64,000 nucleotides of DNA from the human T2T-CHM13v2.0 reference genome, Homo sapiens. Both the position numbers and the translations under genes were made by a program. Location of the stretch: NCBI RefSeq assembly GCF_009914755.1, contig NC_060934.1, one strand, 5' to 3'. This document shows positions 26,976-39,934 of the stretch, one piece after another (position 1 is the first letter of the stretch; each line of letters begins with the position of its first letter). The notes below the pieces were generated by a model. That model searched no databases, was not told the DNA's origin, and saw only the letters and a list, made by a program, of their open reading frames with translations.

Positions 26976-28347
26976 TATATGCATACGTATATGCCATATT
27001 CAACAAGGTAAACTTCACAAGGTATGACATTCAATAAAAATTAACAGTTGTGGAAGAAAGCAGGGAAATATGACCTGTAATGAGAAAAAATACATTTAAA
27101 ACAATCCAAAAATAACACAGAAGATAGAATTAGTGTATTAGGACATTAAAACAGCTTTTATAACTATATCCCATAGAGTCAAGAAAGTAAAGAAAAACAT
27201 ATTTGTATCAAGAAAGACATAGAAGATAGGTTGTGCTAAGTTAAATACTATAAGCCCTAACACCACCACTTAAAAATAAATACAGCTAATAAGCCAACAA
27301 ATACGTATAATGTAATAACAAAATAAAAATCCAAAAGAAGTCAGAAAGTAAAAAAGGAGCAAAAAGCAATTGGAACAAGTAGAAAAAATAGCAAGAGGAT
27401 AGATTTAAACCCAACAATATATTTTTAAAATCACATTAAATGTAAACAGTTTAGACATCCCAGTTAAAAAGCAGGGAGTGTTAGAATCAACAATCCCTAT
27501 ACGGGGAGGCATGCATGTGTGTGGTGCATACTTCAAATTTAAAGATACAAACATATTACAAGTAAAAAGATAGAAAAAGGTCTACCATGCTAACACTATT
27601 CAAAAGGAAACTGTATAGCTATATTAAATATCAAATGCAGTAGATTGTAGGAGAAAGAATATCACCAAGGATAAATATAAAACAATATTTTTATATTTAT
27701 ATAACAGTACATAAAATATAATTTATTTTTAATGATAAATGGATCAGTCATCAGGAGGACATCACAATCCTACATGTTTACATGCACCTAATAACAGAGC
27801 TTCAAAATACACAAGGCAGAAACTTACAATTATAATTAGAAATTTCAGCAGTTGTTACTTAATTAGTGATAAAACAAGTAGACAGAGAATCATCAAGTAT
27901 ATAGAAGACTTAAACAAGACTTCAACTAAATTGACCTAAGGAACATACATAAAACATTCTTCCCAAAAACAGAATATACATTCTTTGTAAGTGCATACAG
28001 AACTGGAACTTTTACTAAGAAAGGCCATATTTTGGACGAGTAGCTATATTAAATATAAACTATTTATTAAATATTAATATTTACTGTTTAGTAAATATGA
28101 CACATATTAAATATATAATATTAAATATAAACTATATTAAATATAAACTGTGTAGCTATATTAAATATCAGATGCAGTAGATTTTAGGAGAAAGAATATC
28201 ACTAAGTATAAGAGGTTTATTTTTTAATGATAAATGGATCAATCATCAAGAGGATGTAACAATCCACGTGTTCATATGCACCTAATAACAGAGCTTCAAA
28301 ATACATGTAGCAGAAATTCACAATTATAATTAGAAATTTCAGCAGTT

Positions 28348-28668
<321 letters not shown>

Positions 28669-30994
28669 AGAAATTTCAGCAGTTGTTACTTAATCATTGA
28701 TAAAACAAGTAGAGAATCATCAAGTATGTAAGACTTAAACAAGACTTCAATTAAATTGACCTAAGGAACATGTATAAACATTCTTTCCCAAAACAGAATA
28801 TGCATTATTTGTAACTGCACATGAAACTGGAATTTTACTAAGATAGGTCATATTTTGGACAAGACAGAACAAGTCTCAGCAAATTTAAAAGGATTCCATC
28901 ATACAATGTATATTCTGTGACAAGGGAATTATTGATTTAACAATCAATTACAGAAATATCTTTGAAACTTCACTCAACTAGTTGGAAATTAAACAACACA
29001 CTTCTGAATAATCCATCATCAAAGGAGAAATCAGTGTGTAAATATCTATTTTACAAACTCTTTCTGACTACTGTCATAACATTTCAATTTCTTATTTCTA
29101 TTTCTGTTTATGACTGTGCCAAACTAAATGAAACAATCAAAACCTAATGCTTCTGAACCTTCTTCCAAGTTTCTTGATAGAGCAGCTCTGTCTGCAGGCG
29201 CCTGCAGAGAAAAGTGGTTCAAGTGCCTACAGCCCTGCTAGAGGTAAAGCATAGGACATTACATTACTTACTTAGGCATGGGCAAAGCTTTCGAGGCAGA
29301 GACTTCAAATATTTAACTATGGTTGTTCAGACAGTCAAATTATGGGTAATTTTTGTTTTTCATAGTATATTTGAAATTTTTAAAATATTATCTACAGAGT
29401 TAACAATACGTTTATAAACAGGGAAAACATCATTTTTATTACAAACAAATATGGAAGGCTTCTGGGTTCACGAATGGTGATGTAGATTGGATTGAACAAA
29501 TCGTGTAATGTAATAGCAAGTATAACTCTTAGCAGAATATAAACAACAATTATTCAAAGTTACTACTGAGTGACCAAAAACACACAGAAACTGGAGGAGG
29601 TTTGACCCTGGATAATGGGACCACATTGAATCGGACCAACATTTATTCCACTTTTTCCATAAGGCTACCCCCTTGTCTGGGTAGCACTGGATGATGAGAA
29701 CTTAAATATGTTTGCATTCATACTGGTTTGACATGTCACAGTGACTGGAAATTGAGGATGACCATCTCGGGGAGGTGACCACAGAATGTAGAGTGCACAT
29801 ATTTGCATAAAAAATCCCCTAAGAATTTTAGCTGACCCCTGAACATACATGGAGAATCCCAGGAGCCCAGCAAAAAGTGGCAGGTGAATGATTTAAAAAG
29901 CTCAGTAGTTCAAGTACTGCACGGCACTTAGAAGAGAGTTTGGAACTTAAATTTAGTCATGTTAGAAGGCCTTGGTAAACATAAAATTTTCCATTGAAAT
30001 TTCAAAAAGCCAAACCTTAGGAATCAATTCTATATCCCAAGACTAAACATTCATCCTAAAAATAAATGTAAAAGTGAAACAGACTTGCCCTAACCAAAGG
30101 AGAAAACAATCTTCCACAACGTCAGGACAGTCAACCAATAATTCAACTGCCTGCTAGAACAAAGATCTACACCGCACAGAGGAAGAAAAAAGAATCCAAA
30201 GCCTCTACAATATGTAATTTACTATTTGATTAATAATATGAATAATATGCAACTCAATACATATTACATATAATTATACTACAATTGAATATAGTAACAT
30301 GGAAATTGTGTCAGTATATAATCAAGATACTAGACATGTGAAGAAACAGACGTGACCAAGAATGAAGATAAAAAACTGACTAGAAACTGTCAATGAGATG
30401 CCATGGATTTGGAGACTAGCAGACAAAGACTTTTAAATAGCTTCTATAAATATATTTAAGAATATAATGGAAAAGGTGGTAATAATCAGTGAACAATGAG
30501 GAATACCAGAAGAGAAATGAAAACTTTCAAAAAGAACCAAATAGAAATTCTAAAAGTGAAAACTATAACAACAGAAATTGTAAAATCCTCTGGCTAGGCT
30601 TCACAGATTGAAACAGAAAACAAGATCTATTAATTTGATTTCAGATCATCAGAAATTATACGTTATGAAAAGTAGAGTTAACAAACAACTTCAGTGGAGC
30701 AGAAAAAGTATCTGAAGAAATAGTAGCCCCCCAAATCTCTAAATTTATGAAAAACCTAAACTTACCCATCAACAAATCTTAAGACAACCAATTCTGAGAA
30801 ATCAAACACACAGTCTCTCTCAAGCACATCACAGTAAGATTGCTAGATGTCAAACACAAATTCTGAAAGCAGCCAAAGGAAATGATACATTATATACAAG
30901 GTAACAAGGATAGGCAAGGATGCATACTCTCCTGACTTCTATTCAACACAGTATTGAAAATCCTAGTCCATGCAACATGTCAAGAAAAAGAAAC

Positions 30995-31311
30995 AGTCTG
31001 GGCACAGCGCTCATGCCTGTAGTGCCAGCACTTTGCAAGGCCAAGGTGAGAGCATCACTTGAGGCCAGGAGTTCAAGATCAGCCTGGACAACATAGTGAT
31101 ATCCTGTCTGTACCAAAAAAAAAAAAAAAAAACTAAAAAAATTAGCTGGGCATTGTGGCACACATACCTGTAGCCCCCAGCTACTCAAGAGGCTGAGGTG
31201 GGAGAATTGCTTGAGTCTGGGGCTTCAAGGTTGCAGTGAGTTATGATCACGCCACTGCAATTTAGCCTGGTGTCAGAGTGAGACACTGTCTCAAAATTTA
31301 AAAAAAAGAAA
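30995..31311 (+). mobile_element. AluJ
   Basis: TCACTTGAGGCCAGGAGTTCAAG..AACATAGTGA. Confidence 0.92.
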
Positions 31312-32311
31312 ATTCACATATATTTTATACATGTGGAAATATAAGGAGGAATAAGAGAAGGGAAAATAAAAAGTAAAAGCTGTTTATATTTACAGATGAG
31401 ATGGTTGTTTATTTCGAAAATCCTAAGCAATGTACAAAACAACTACTAGAACAAATAAATTTAGCAAGGCCTTGGGATTCAAGAGCAGCATATAATGATC
31501 AATTGTATATTTATACAGTAGCAGCAAATAATTATAACATGAACTATTTTAAATAAAAAGTAGCTAAGAATAAATTTAACAAAAGATGTGAATACATGTA
31601 CACTGAAAACTATAAAACATTTCTGATAGGATAAATAGATGATCTAAATAAATGAAGAGATATACCATGCCCCTGGATTAGAAAGTCAATATTCTTAAGA
31701 TGTCATTTCTCCCAAAATTTATCCATAGATTTGGTGCAATTTTGATTGAAACTGCAACAGGCATTTTTGGCAATAGGCAATAAATTGATGAATTTATTCT
31801 AAAATTTATATTGAGAATCAAAGGCCCTAAAATAGTTTAAAACATCTTGAAGAACAAAATTGGAAGATCCATACTACCTGATATCAAGACTTCTATGAAG
31901 CCAAAATAATCAGGACAGTATGGCAGTGTGGTAAGGATAAGCAGAGAATGGATACATAAAAGGTCAATTGATTTTTTTACCAAAGTGCCAAGGCAATTCA
32001 ATAAGGAAAGAAAGTCCTACCTACACATGACGTGGGAACAACTGGATACACAATGAAAAACTAAACTTTTCCACCTACTTCATCCCTCACATACAAATTA
32101 ATATTGGGTGGACCCAAAAATAAAAGCTAAAACTAAAAAACATCTAGAAGCAAATATAGGTCAATCTCCTTACTAAACTGGCTAAGCAAAATTTTCTTTA
32201 AGAAAAGATACCAAAAGCTCTAAATGTAAAAGAAAAAATTGACAAATTGGACTTTACCAAAATTGAGAACTTCTCATCAAAAGATAATGGGCATTAATAA
32301 ATGAATAAGTA

Positions 32312-32600
32312 GGCCGGGCACGGTGGCTCATGCCTGCAATCCCAGCACTTAGGGAGGTGGAGGTGGGCAGATTGCTTGAGCTCAGGAGTTCAAGACCTGC
32401 CTGGGCAACATGGGGAAACCCCATATCTACTAAAAATACAAAAATTACCCAGGTGTGATGGCACACACCTGTATTCCCAGCTATTTGGGTGACTGAGGCA
32501 GGAGAATCACATGAGCCTCAGAGGCAGAGGCTGCAGTGAGCTGAGATGGCACCACTGCATTCCAGCCTGGGCAAAAGAGTGAGACCCTGTCTCAAAAAAA
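32312..32600 (+). mobile_element. AluJb-like
   Basis: Full dimer; TSD AA(A/G)TGAATAAGTA. Confidence 0.93.
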
Positions 32601-32942
32601 GAAGTGAATAAGTATATCAGAATATGTAATAAGCTCTAAAAAAAAAAGCAACAAAAAATACACAAAACATCTAATTAAACAGTTGAAAAATACTTGAGCA
32701 CATGCTTCACCAAAGATATACAAATAATGATAAACATGTATAAAAGTGGTCAACATCATTGGATATTAGGGAAATGCTAAATAAATCCACAATATGTCAT
32801 CATTTCACACTAACTAGAATGGCTAAACTTAAAAAGATTAACAACACCAACTATGGGTGAGAATATTAAGAAACTGGAACCGTCATGCATTGGTGGTACA
32901 GATATAATGGGAAAAAAAGTTTGGCAGTTTCTTATAAAGTTA

Positions 32943-33369
<427 letters not shown>

Positions 33370-34188
33370 TTATTCACAATATCAAAGTGGAAATAATGAA
33401 ATTTTCATCAGTGGGAGAGGATAAACAAACTGTGCTATGTTCATAAAATGGAACACAACACAGCAATAAAAGAGGTAAATATTGATACCTGCAACCACGT
33501 GGATGAATCTAAAATCATTAAGCAAAAGAAGGCAGACACACACTAAATACTGTATTATTCCATTAATATGAAGTTCAAAAAGAGAGAAAACTAATTTATG
33601 GTGATAGAAATTAGAGCAATGGCTGCTTATGGAAGGAGGTAGGCATTGATTGCACAGGGACATAAGGGAATTTTCAGGAATGATGGAACTGTTCTGTTTC
33701 AATTGTAGTGGCGGTTACGAAGTGTATACATTTATCAAAACTCAACACATTTTACGTTTAAGATCTGTGCAATGCAAATTTTACTTCAAAAAACTCATCT
33801 CAGGGAACTCCAAGGGGTTATTAAAGTTCTTTTATTATGCAGGGGAGGTTTTTTAAATCAAATGTTGTTTAATATAAAATAAGTGGTGCATTTGCTGGAA
33901 CCTGGAAATGATTCTCCTGTACTTCATTTCTAATAGTAGTAATAGTTATTATTTTAAAGCAGGATTCCATACAAAAATATGACAGGGGTGTGACAGGGCT
34001 ATTCACAGGAAAGAAGTAAAGAGTCTAATCTGGCATATGAAGGCTAATCGCAACTGGGTGAGTGCTCTATTTATATCCTTCTACCTGTTTTCAGCTCCTA
34101 GGTCACTTTAAAGCCTGGATTTTACATCCTGAGACTATTTGACTGTAGAGCTTACTCTAGTGGTTACTTAAGTTCCATGTCAATAGTA

Positions 34189-34290
34189 TTAGGCTGGTGA
34201 AATAGTAATTGTGGTTTTTGCCATTAATAGTTATGGTTTTTGCCATTAATAGTTATGGCAGAAACCACAATTACTTTTTCAACAACCTAA
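34189..34290. mobile_element. MADE1 (Hsmar1 MITE) with 22-bp internal tandem duplication
   Basis: TA|TTAGGCTGGTGAAATAGTAATTGTGGTTTTTGCCAT ... ATGGCAGAAACCACAATTACTTTTTCAACAACCTAA|TA. Confidence 0.9.
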
Positions 34291-35010
34291 TAGTTATAAA
34301 CCACAAAGAATGCATTTTTACCATATCCAGTTTATGAAACGTGGCTCACTTTCTTCTGGCAGCTTCCTAGACTTCTCTACAGCCTTCTGCCCAAGGAAAA
34401 TCCATGCATGCTGTGTGCCTCCAATGTCTCTTCCGTTTAAAAAAAAAAAAAAAAAAAAAGTAAAGGAGCTATTTGGCATATAGGAAAAAAAAAAGTAAAA
34501 GAGCTATTTGGCATATAGGAAAAAAAAAAGATTGTGTAGAAAACAACCTGACTGAGTCTCATTAGGGCTTCCTGATTTATTTCAGGGGTTCAGATCTGTG
34601 TAAGTGTTTAATTATATATGCATTCATTTTTAATTTATATTTTACCCATATACACAGCCATTCTAGAGTTTAAATTCCCTTACTTATAACAAGATATTTT
34701 CAAGCAAATATAATTCATGTCTTTACCTTCCAGAGAAATTAAAAAACAGTATGGCACTGTGTCGAAATGATCACTGCTAAGTGTTGTTTTCATCATTTAA
34801 AATATCATTATTATTATTATTGTTATGCTTACCTGCAGGACAACATTATCATCACATAACAGCCTACATAAAAACTCTTCAAGAGCCCATAACAACACAT
34901 CTTTCTGATAGGTAAAACATTTTGTTAATATTCTAGTTTGAAGGAATGGGGTCAGGAAGAACTTTGGAGAGACCATTTTTATTTTTTTGAGTAAGAATTC
35001 AAATACTATA

Positions 35011-35389
35011 TGACATGGTTTTGCTGTGTCCCCACCCAAATCTCATCTTGAATTGTAGTTCCTACAATCCCCACGTTTCGTGGGAGGGACCCAGTGGGAG
35101 GTAATTGAATCATGGGGGTGGTTACCCCCATGCTGCTGTTCTCATGATAGGGAGTGAGTTCTCATAAGATCTGATGGTTTTAGAAGGCGCTTTTCCCCAT
35201 TTTGCTTGACGCTTCTCCTTGCTGCCACCATGTGAAAAAGGATGTGTTTGCTTCCCCTTCTGCCATGATTGTAAGTTTCCTGAGGCCTCCCCAGCCATGC
35301 TGAACTGTGAATCAGTTAAACCTTTTTCCTTTATAAATTACTGAGTCTCAGGTATGTCTTTATTAGGAGCATGAGAACAGACTAATGCA
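35011..35389 (+). mobile_element. THE1D-like solo LTR
   Basis: TGACATGGTT..CCCACCCAAATCTCATCTTG through ACAGACTAATGCA; 5-bp TSD CTATA. Confidence 0.93.
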
Positions 35390-35834
35390 CTATATAAGGA
35401 TTGAATGTTTATAACATGAGAATGAATTCATTCATCTCTAATAAAATGTATTTATGACTAGAAGAAAAGATGTAGTTAAATAAAAAGCTTCCAAAGAACC
35501 TTTGTTTAGCTGGCCAAAACCATGATTATGACTTTCAGCAGTAAGTATTGATCTCATTAGCCAATTTCCCATTTCTTTGACTTGCAATTGGAGTAATCAC
35601 GTTATGTGCAATCCATAGATAAATATGCCAGGCTTTCCTTTTAGCCGGTCCTATACATTTCATCTCATACCAAAGCTTTCACCTAATTACTCAAAGCAGC
35701 AAAAGTACATTATTTTACATTTCATAATCTTTCCTCTCCTCTTTCTTTATTTCAACAAGAGATATCAGTAGGTGGTGACATCACAGGAGCAAACTGCAGT
35801 AGTGTTAAAATTATAAAATTGCCATTAAATTATT

Positions 35835-36040
35835 TCATTTAATAAATATTGATTGATTGCCTTACTATGTGTCAGGCACTGCTCTTGGCATTGAGACACA
35901 GATGGGAACCCAATGGATAAAAATGTTGCCTGCCTAAAGCTTATATTCTAGTGTAGGGATACAGACAGTAAACAAGGTAAGTACATATAGGACATCATAA
36001 ATGGTGACAATTAGAACAATTATAAAGAAACATCTAAATA
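35835..36040 (-). mobile_element. L2 3' fragment
   Basis: TAAATATTGATTG..TACTATGTGTCAGGCACTGCTC..AGCTTATATTCTAGTG. Confidence 0.7.
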
Positions 36041-36304
36041 AAGGGAAATTACTGGCTCCCATCATCTGCGAGCCCTGACTGAGAAGAGGTTCTTTTTCCT
36101 TAACTGATAAACTCAGGTCCTTCCAATATTGGTCATTTACTTAATCACAACATGGGCTCAGAAACGTGTCTTCCACCTAATCTGATATGTTATCTGAGTT
36201 CTTACACACTTCTTACACACAAAATTATATTAGCTATTGCCAATTTGTTTGCTTTCGTGAGGTTGTTTGGACTGAGTGTTTATTGCACCAGTGGGAACCT
36301 GGGA

Positions 36305-36510
36305 AGTTAGTCTGTTAGTAGGTAAGGGCATAGATTCTGGTTCAAATCCCAGCTCTCACCAGCTGTGTGACCATAGGCAGAATACTGAACTTCTCTGTGC
36401 TTCAGTCTCTTTAGCCACAGAGAGGGGATATTATAGTACCAACCGCATAGGGTTGTTGTAATAATGTGTATTCAAAGCAGTTAGAGCAGTACCTGACAAA
36501 TAGTTTATTA
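36305..36510 (+). mobile_element. MIR
   Basis: GGTTCAAATCCCAGCTCTCACCAGCTGTGTGACC..CTCTGTGCTTCAGT. Confidence 0.75.
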
Positions 36511-36794
36511 AATAAAACAATACAAAGAAGATTACTTTGAGCATCTGCTTACCAGGGTTTCAAATTTAGGTTAGATTGAAGGTCATGTTCAATGCCTCAC
36601 CCACACCTAAAATATTGCCAGTAACTGCCACTTTGTTAACTACATACCTTGGAATGATGCTAGATTTAGTGAGGTTTTTTGTGAAACTTTGAAGAGATGA
36701 TGGATGTGTTTCCTAGTTACAATGTGATTTTGAGGGGAAAAAAAGAGTTTCTGTATCAAAAAGGCTTATCTGCTGTGTATTCATTATTGCCATT

Positions 36795-36990
36795 TTCCCT
36801 CCACAAGAAGGTAAGCTCCATGAAGGCAAGGTTTTTAGTTTTGTTTGGTTTTGGTTTTTGCTTTGTTTCTGTTGTTTACAAATGTATCCCACATACCTAG
36901 AATAGTATATATGGCACGTGGTAGGCATTCAATGCAATGGTTCAATAAATGAATAAAATAATAGATAAACAAGTGAATGAATAAATGAGA
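36795..36990 (+). mobile_element. L2 3' end
   Basis: GTAAGCTCCATGAAGGCAAGG..TGGCACGTGGTAGGCATTCAAT..TGAATGAATAAATGA. Confidence 0.75.
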
Positions 36991-38059
36991 AAAAGCAACA
37001 TTTAAAACCTGGTTATTAAACCAGGTTTAATTTCAGCTTAGTCACTACACCCAGTAGGGCTCCATGACTTACCTATCTATAAAATATACTCACTTCTGTA
37101 ACTTTTTTGAATGCTAATGTATACAAGGTAATCTGCTAAACTGTGAGCCCTCAAAAAACTCACAATTTGGTAGCACAGATATGAAAGGTACCTAAATAAA
37201 TAATGCAATGTACTCTAAAAAGAAAAAGAAAAGGAAAGCGAGAGAGAACTGGCGGAATCAGAGAAGATTCCTTACTGACCTTTCACCTTTTAGGGATACT
37301 TGAATTGATTCATATGATCCTCCCATGAAGTCTTCTTCAATACATTTGTTGAAAATTAAGATATTTGTGAATTTCACAAACCGTGTGAAACCCTGACAAA
37401 AAATACCTGGGAAATTCTAGCAAAACAAGATACCCTCATGTACAAAAGCAAAGAAGCCATGAAAGAGGACAGTTGTTTTCTGGGAAACTCGGATGAGATT
37501 TTGTAAGCCTGATTATTTTTTAGTTGATTTATATGTATTTACAGTTTCAGTTGTTTGTTACTTCTCAAAGTTATTTATGTTATTTAGTTTGTAGAAATAC
37601 ACACGACTGTGTGACATACGCATGGTGAGAATTTGTTTCCCTGACAATGATTACTTATATTTGTACAGAATAACATTACAAATGCATTAAATCCAGACAC
37701 CCAGAAGAAATTGCAGCCATAAATTTTATTTGCTAGAAAAAAAATAGACAGGAACATTTTTTTCTTTGTTTTACCTTTTTTTAAGATTAATTTTTATGAT
37801 ATTAAAGAAAAGACTGCCTGGTGTGTTTAAAAGCAAGTATACTAAAAGTCATTTATGATCATGATAATGCAAGTACTGTGAATGAAATTTTTTATTTTAA
37901 AAAGTTGAAAAGTGTTCAGTGTTGTATATAAAAAGTGAGAAATATTGAGGTGAGAAAATTAGAACTTCTTTGTAATTAAATGCTCTAGTTTGTTTGCTGA
38001 ACCATCGTCAGATGTATTATGAAGTGAATACGGTGAACTGGCATTAAACTCTGGAATCA

Positions 38060-38295
38060 CAATGATAGCACCTACCACTTACTGAGCATTCCCTTTACGT
38101 CAGGAATTCTTCTAAGGCCTTTGTATTTACTAACTCATTGCATGCTTATAAGACTCCTGTGAGGTAGATGATTTTATCATCTCAAGCGTAGATTAATAAA
38201 TCAAATGAGAAGCATTGGGAAATTGCAATCGTTCAGGGCCAGTAAGTGATAGAGGAGAAATCTGAACCAAGACCCCTCTAATCCCACAACCCTGA
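38060..38295 (-). mobile_element. MIR
   Basis: ATAGCACCTACCACTTACTGAGCA..TAACTCATT..CCTGTGAGGTAGATG. Confidence 0.65.
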
Positions 38296-38924
38296 ATGAC
38301 TCTACACCACCGTGTTGACCCACCATGATAGTAGTGGTGATTTGTAGTTGTAATCATGGCAGTGATCCAGCCTCTGCCTATAAAGTTTGGGGATTTCTTC
38401 CCCATAAGATTACTAGCATTTCTTTGGTAATCATTACATTGAAGTGCTGTAGAATTCTGTGAATAATGTATAAAAAGCAGCTTACAAAAAAAGTTCAAAT
38501 GCTAAATCTTGGCAAATTTTGAACATGTCTTCTATGTTTTCATGGTGTTAGCTTTCAATCACATCATTTTTTTTTTATTTTTTTCCCTTGGAATGTAATC
38601 TCATCATTTCTAATCCACTGAGGTTTTAAACACATAAACGACTCAATCACAGACAGGGATACGGGAGGGAAAAAAAAACACGTATTGAGCACGAAAATTG
38701 GGCCGGGCCTACTCTAGGGGTTTACTGGCTTTATCTCAAATAATATACAAAATAATTATATTGTTCATGCATGCATGCATTCATGCATTGATGAATTTCA
38801 AGTTGGAGATGTATAGGTAAAAATGGGTTAGGGTTAGAAGCTGGGAGGGGACTGACCCTGGGCTCAAAACTATGAAAAGGGATGGGGTGGGGATGGCTTT
38901 GGGATGACATTAGAGACGGTTTAT

Positions 38925-39470
38925 CACTATCTGAAAAACTGTATATTTTACTTACTTGTTTATTGTCTGTTTCTCTCTAGTAGAACATAATCTCCATGAG
39001 GGCTCAGATTGTTTTTTGTTTTCTTTACTGTTGTATTTTCAGGGTCTACTCTAGAACAAGGCCTAGCATACCATAGGCATAAATACTTTTTGAGTGAATG
39101 AATAAAAGAATGAATCATTTCATAAATATTTATTGTGTGGTGCCAGTCACTCCACTGGTGCTGGGGTGTTCATGATGTGAGACACTGCCCTTCTCTTAAT
39201 AGAATTATGGTCTAGTATAAGAGATGAACAAACAACAGGATATTATCGTTTGGTATGAAAGGCAGTACTGTGAGAACAGGAATTCCAAAAGCTCTGGTGT
39301 GATCCTGTGGACCTAATCCCATTCTGGGGAGGCAGAGTGGCTTTCTTAGATGAGGCAAGAGCATCTAAGCTGAAACCTAGGCAATAGGGGAGTAGCCAGA
39401 CAAGTAGGCAAAAGGAAATAAGAAGAACAAGGCTGAAGGCTAGGAGGAAGCACAGCTTCTCCTAGGAACT
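38925..39470. mobile_element. Two L2 3' ends, tail to tail (plus to about 39114, minus from about 39115)
   Basis: AATCTCCATGAGGGC..CCTAGCATACCATAGG..GAATGAAT, then TCATTTCATAAATATTTATTG..TGGTGCTGGG. Confidence 0.65.
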
Positions 39471-39545
39471 CCAAGGTTGCTAGTAATGTCCTCATTTTAG
39501 TTATGAGAAAATTAAAGCTCAGAAAAGTAAAATGATTGGCCCAAG

Positions 39546-39934
<389 letters not shown>

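Noticed and set aside
34052-34100. Donor GGGTGAGT followed by a strong acceptor TTTTCAG
   Set aside because: The implied intron of about 37 nt is too short, and no partner exon was found.
37005-37028. 10-bp inverted repeat AAACCTGGTT/AACCAGGTTT (also a 9-bp one at 55342-55365)
   Set aside because: Stems this short are expected by chance in 64 kb, and there is no other support.
38825-38837. Interstitial telomeric repeat (GGGTTAGGGTTAG)
   Set aside because: Only two units; compatible with chance.
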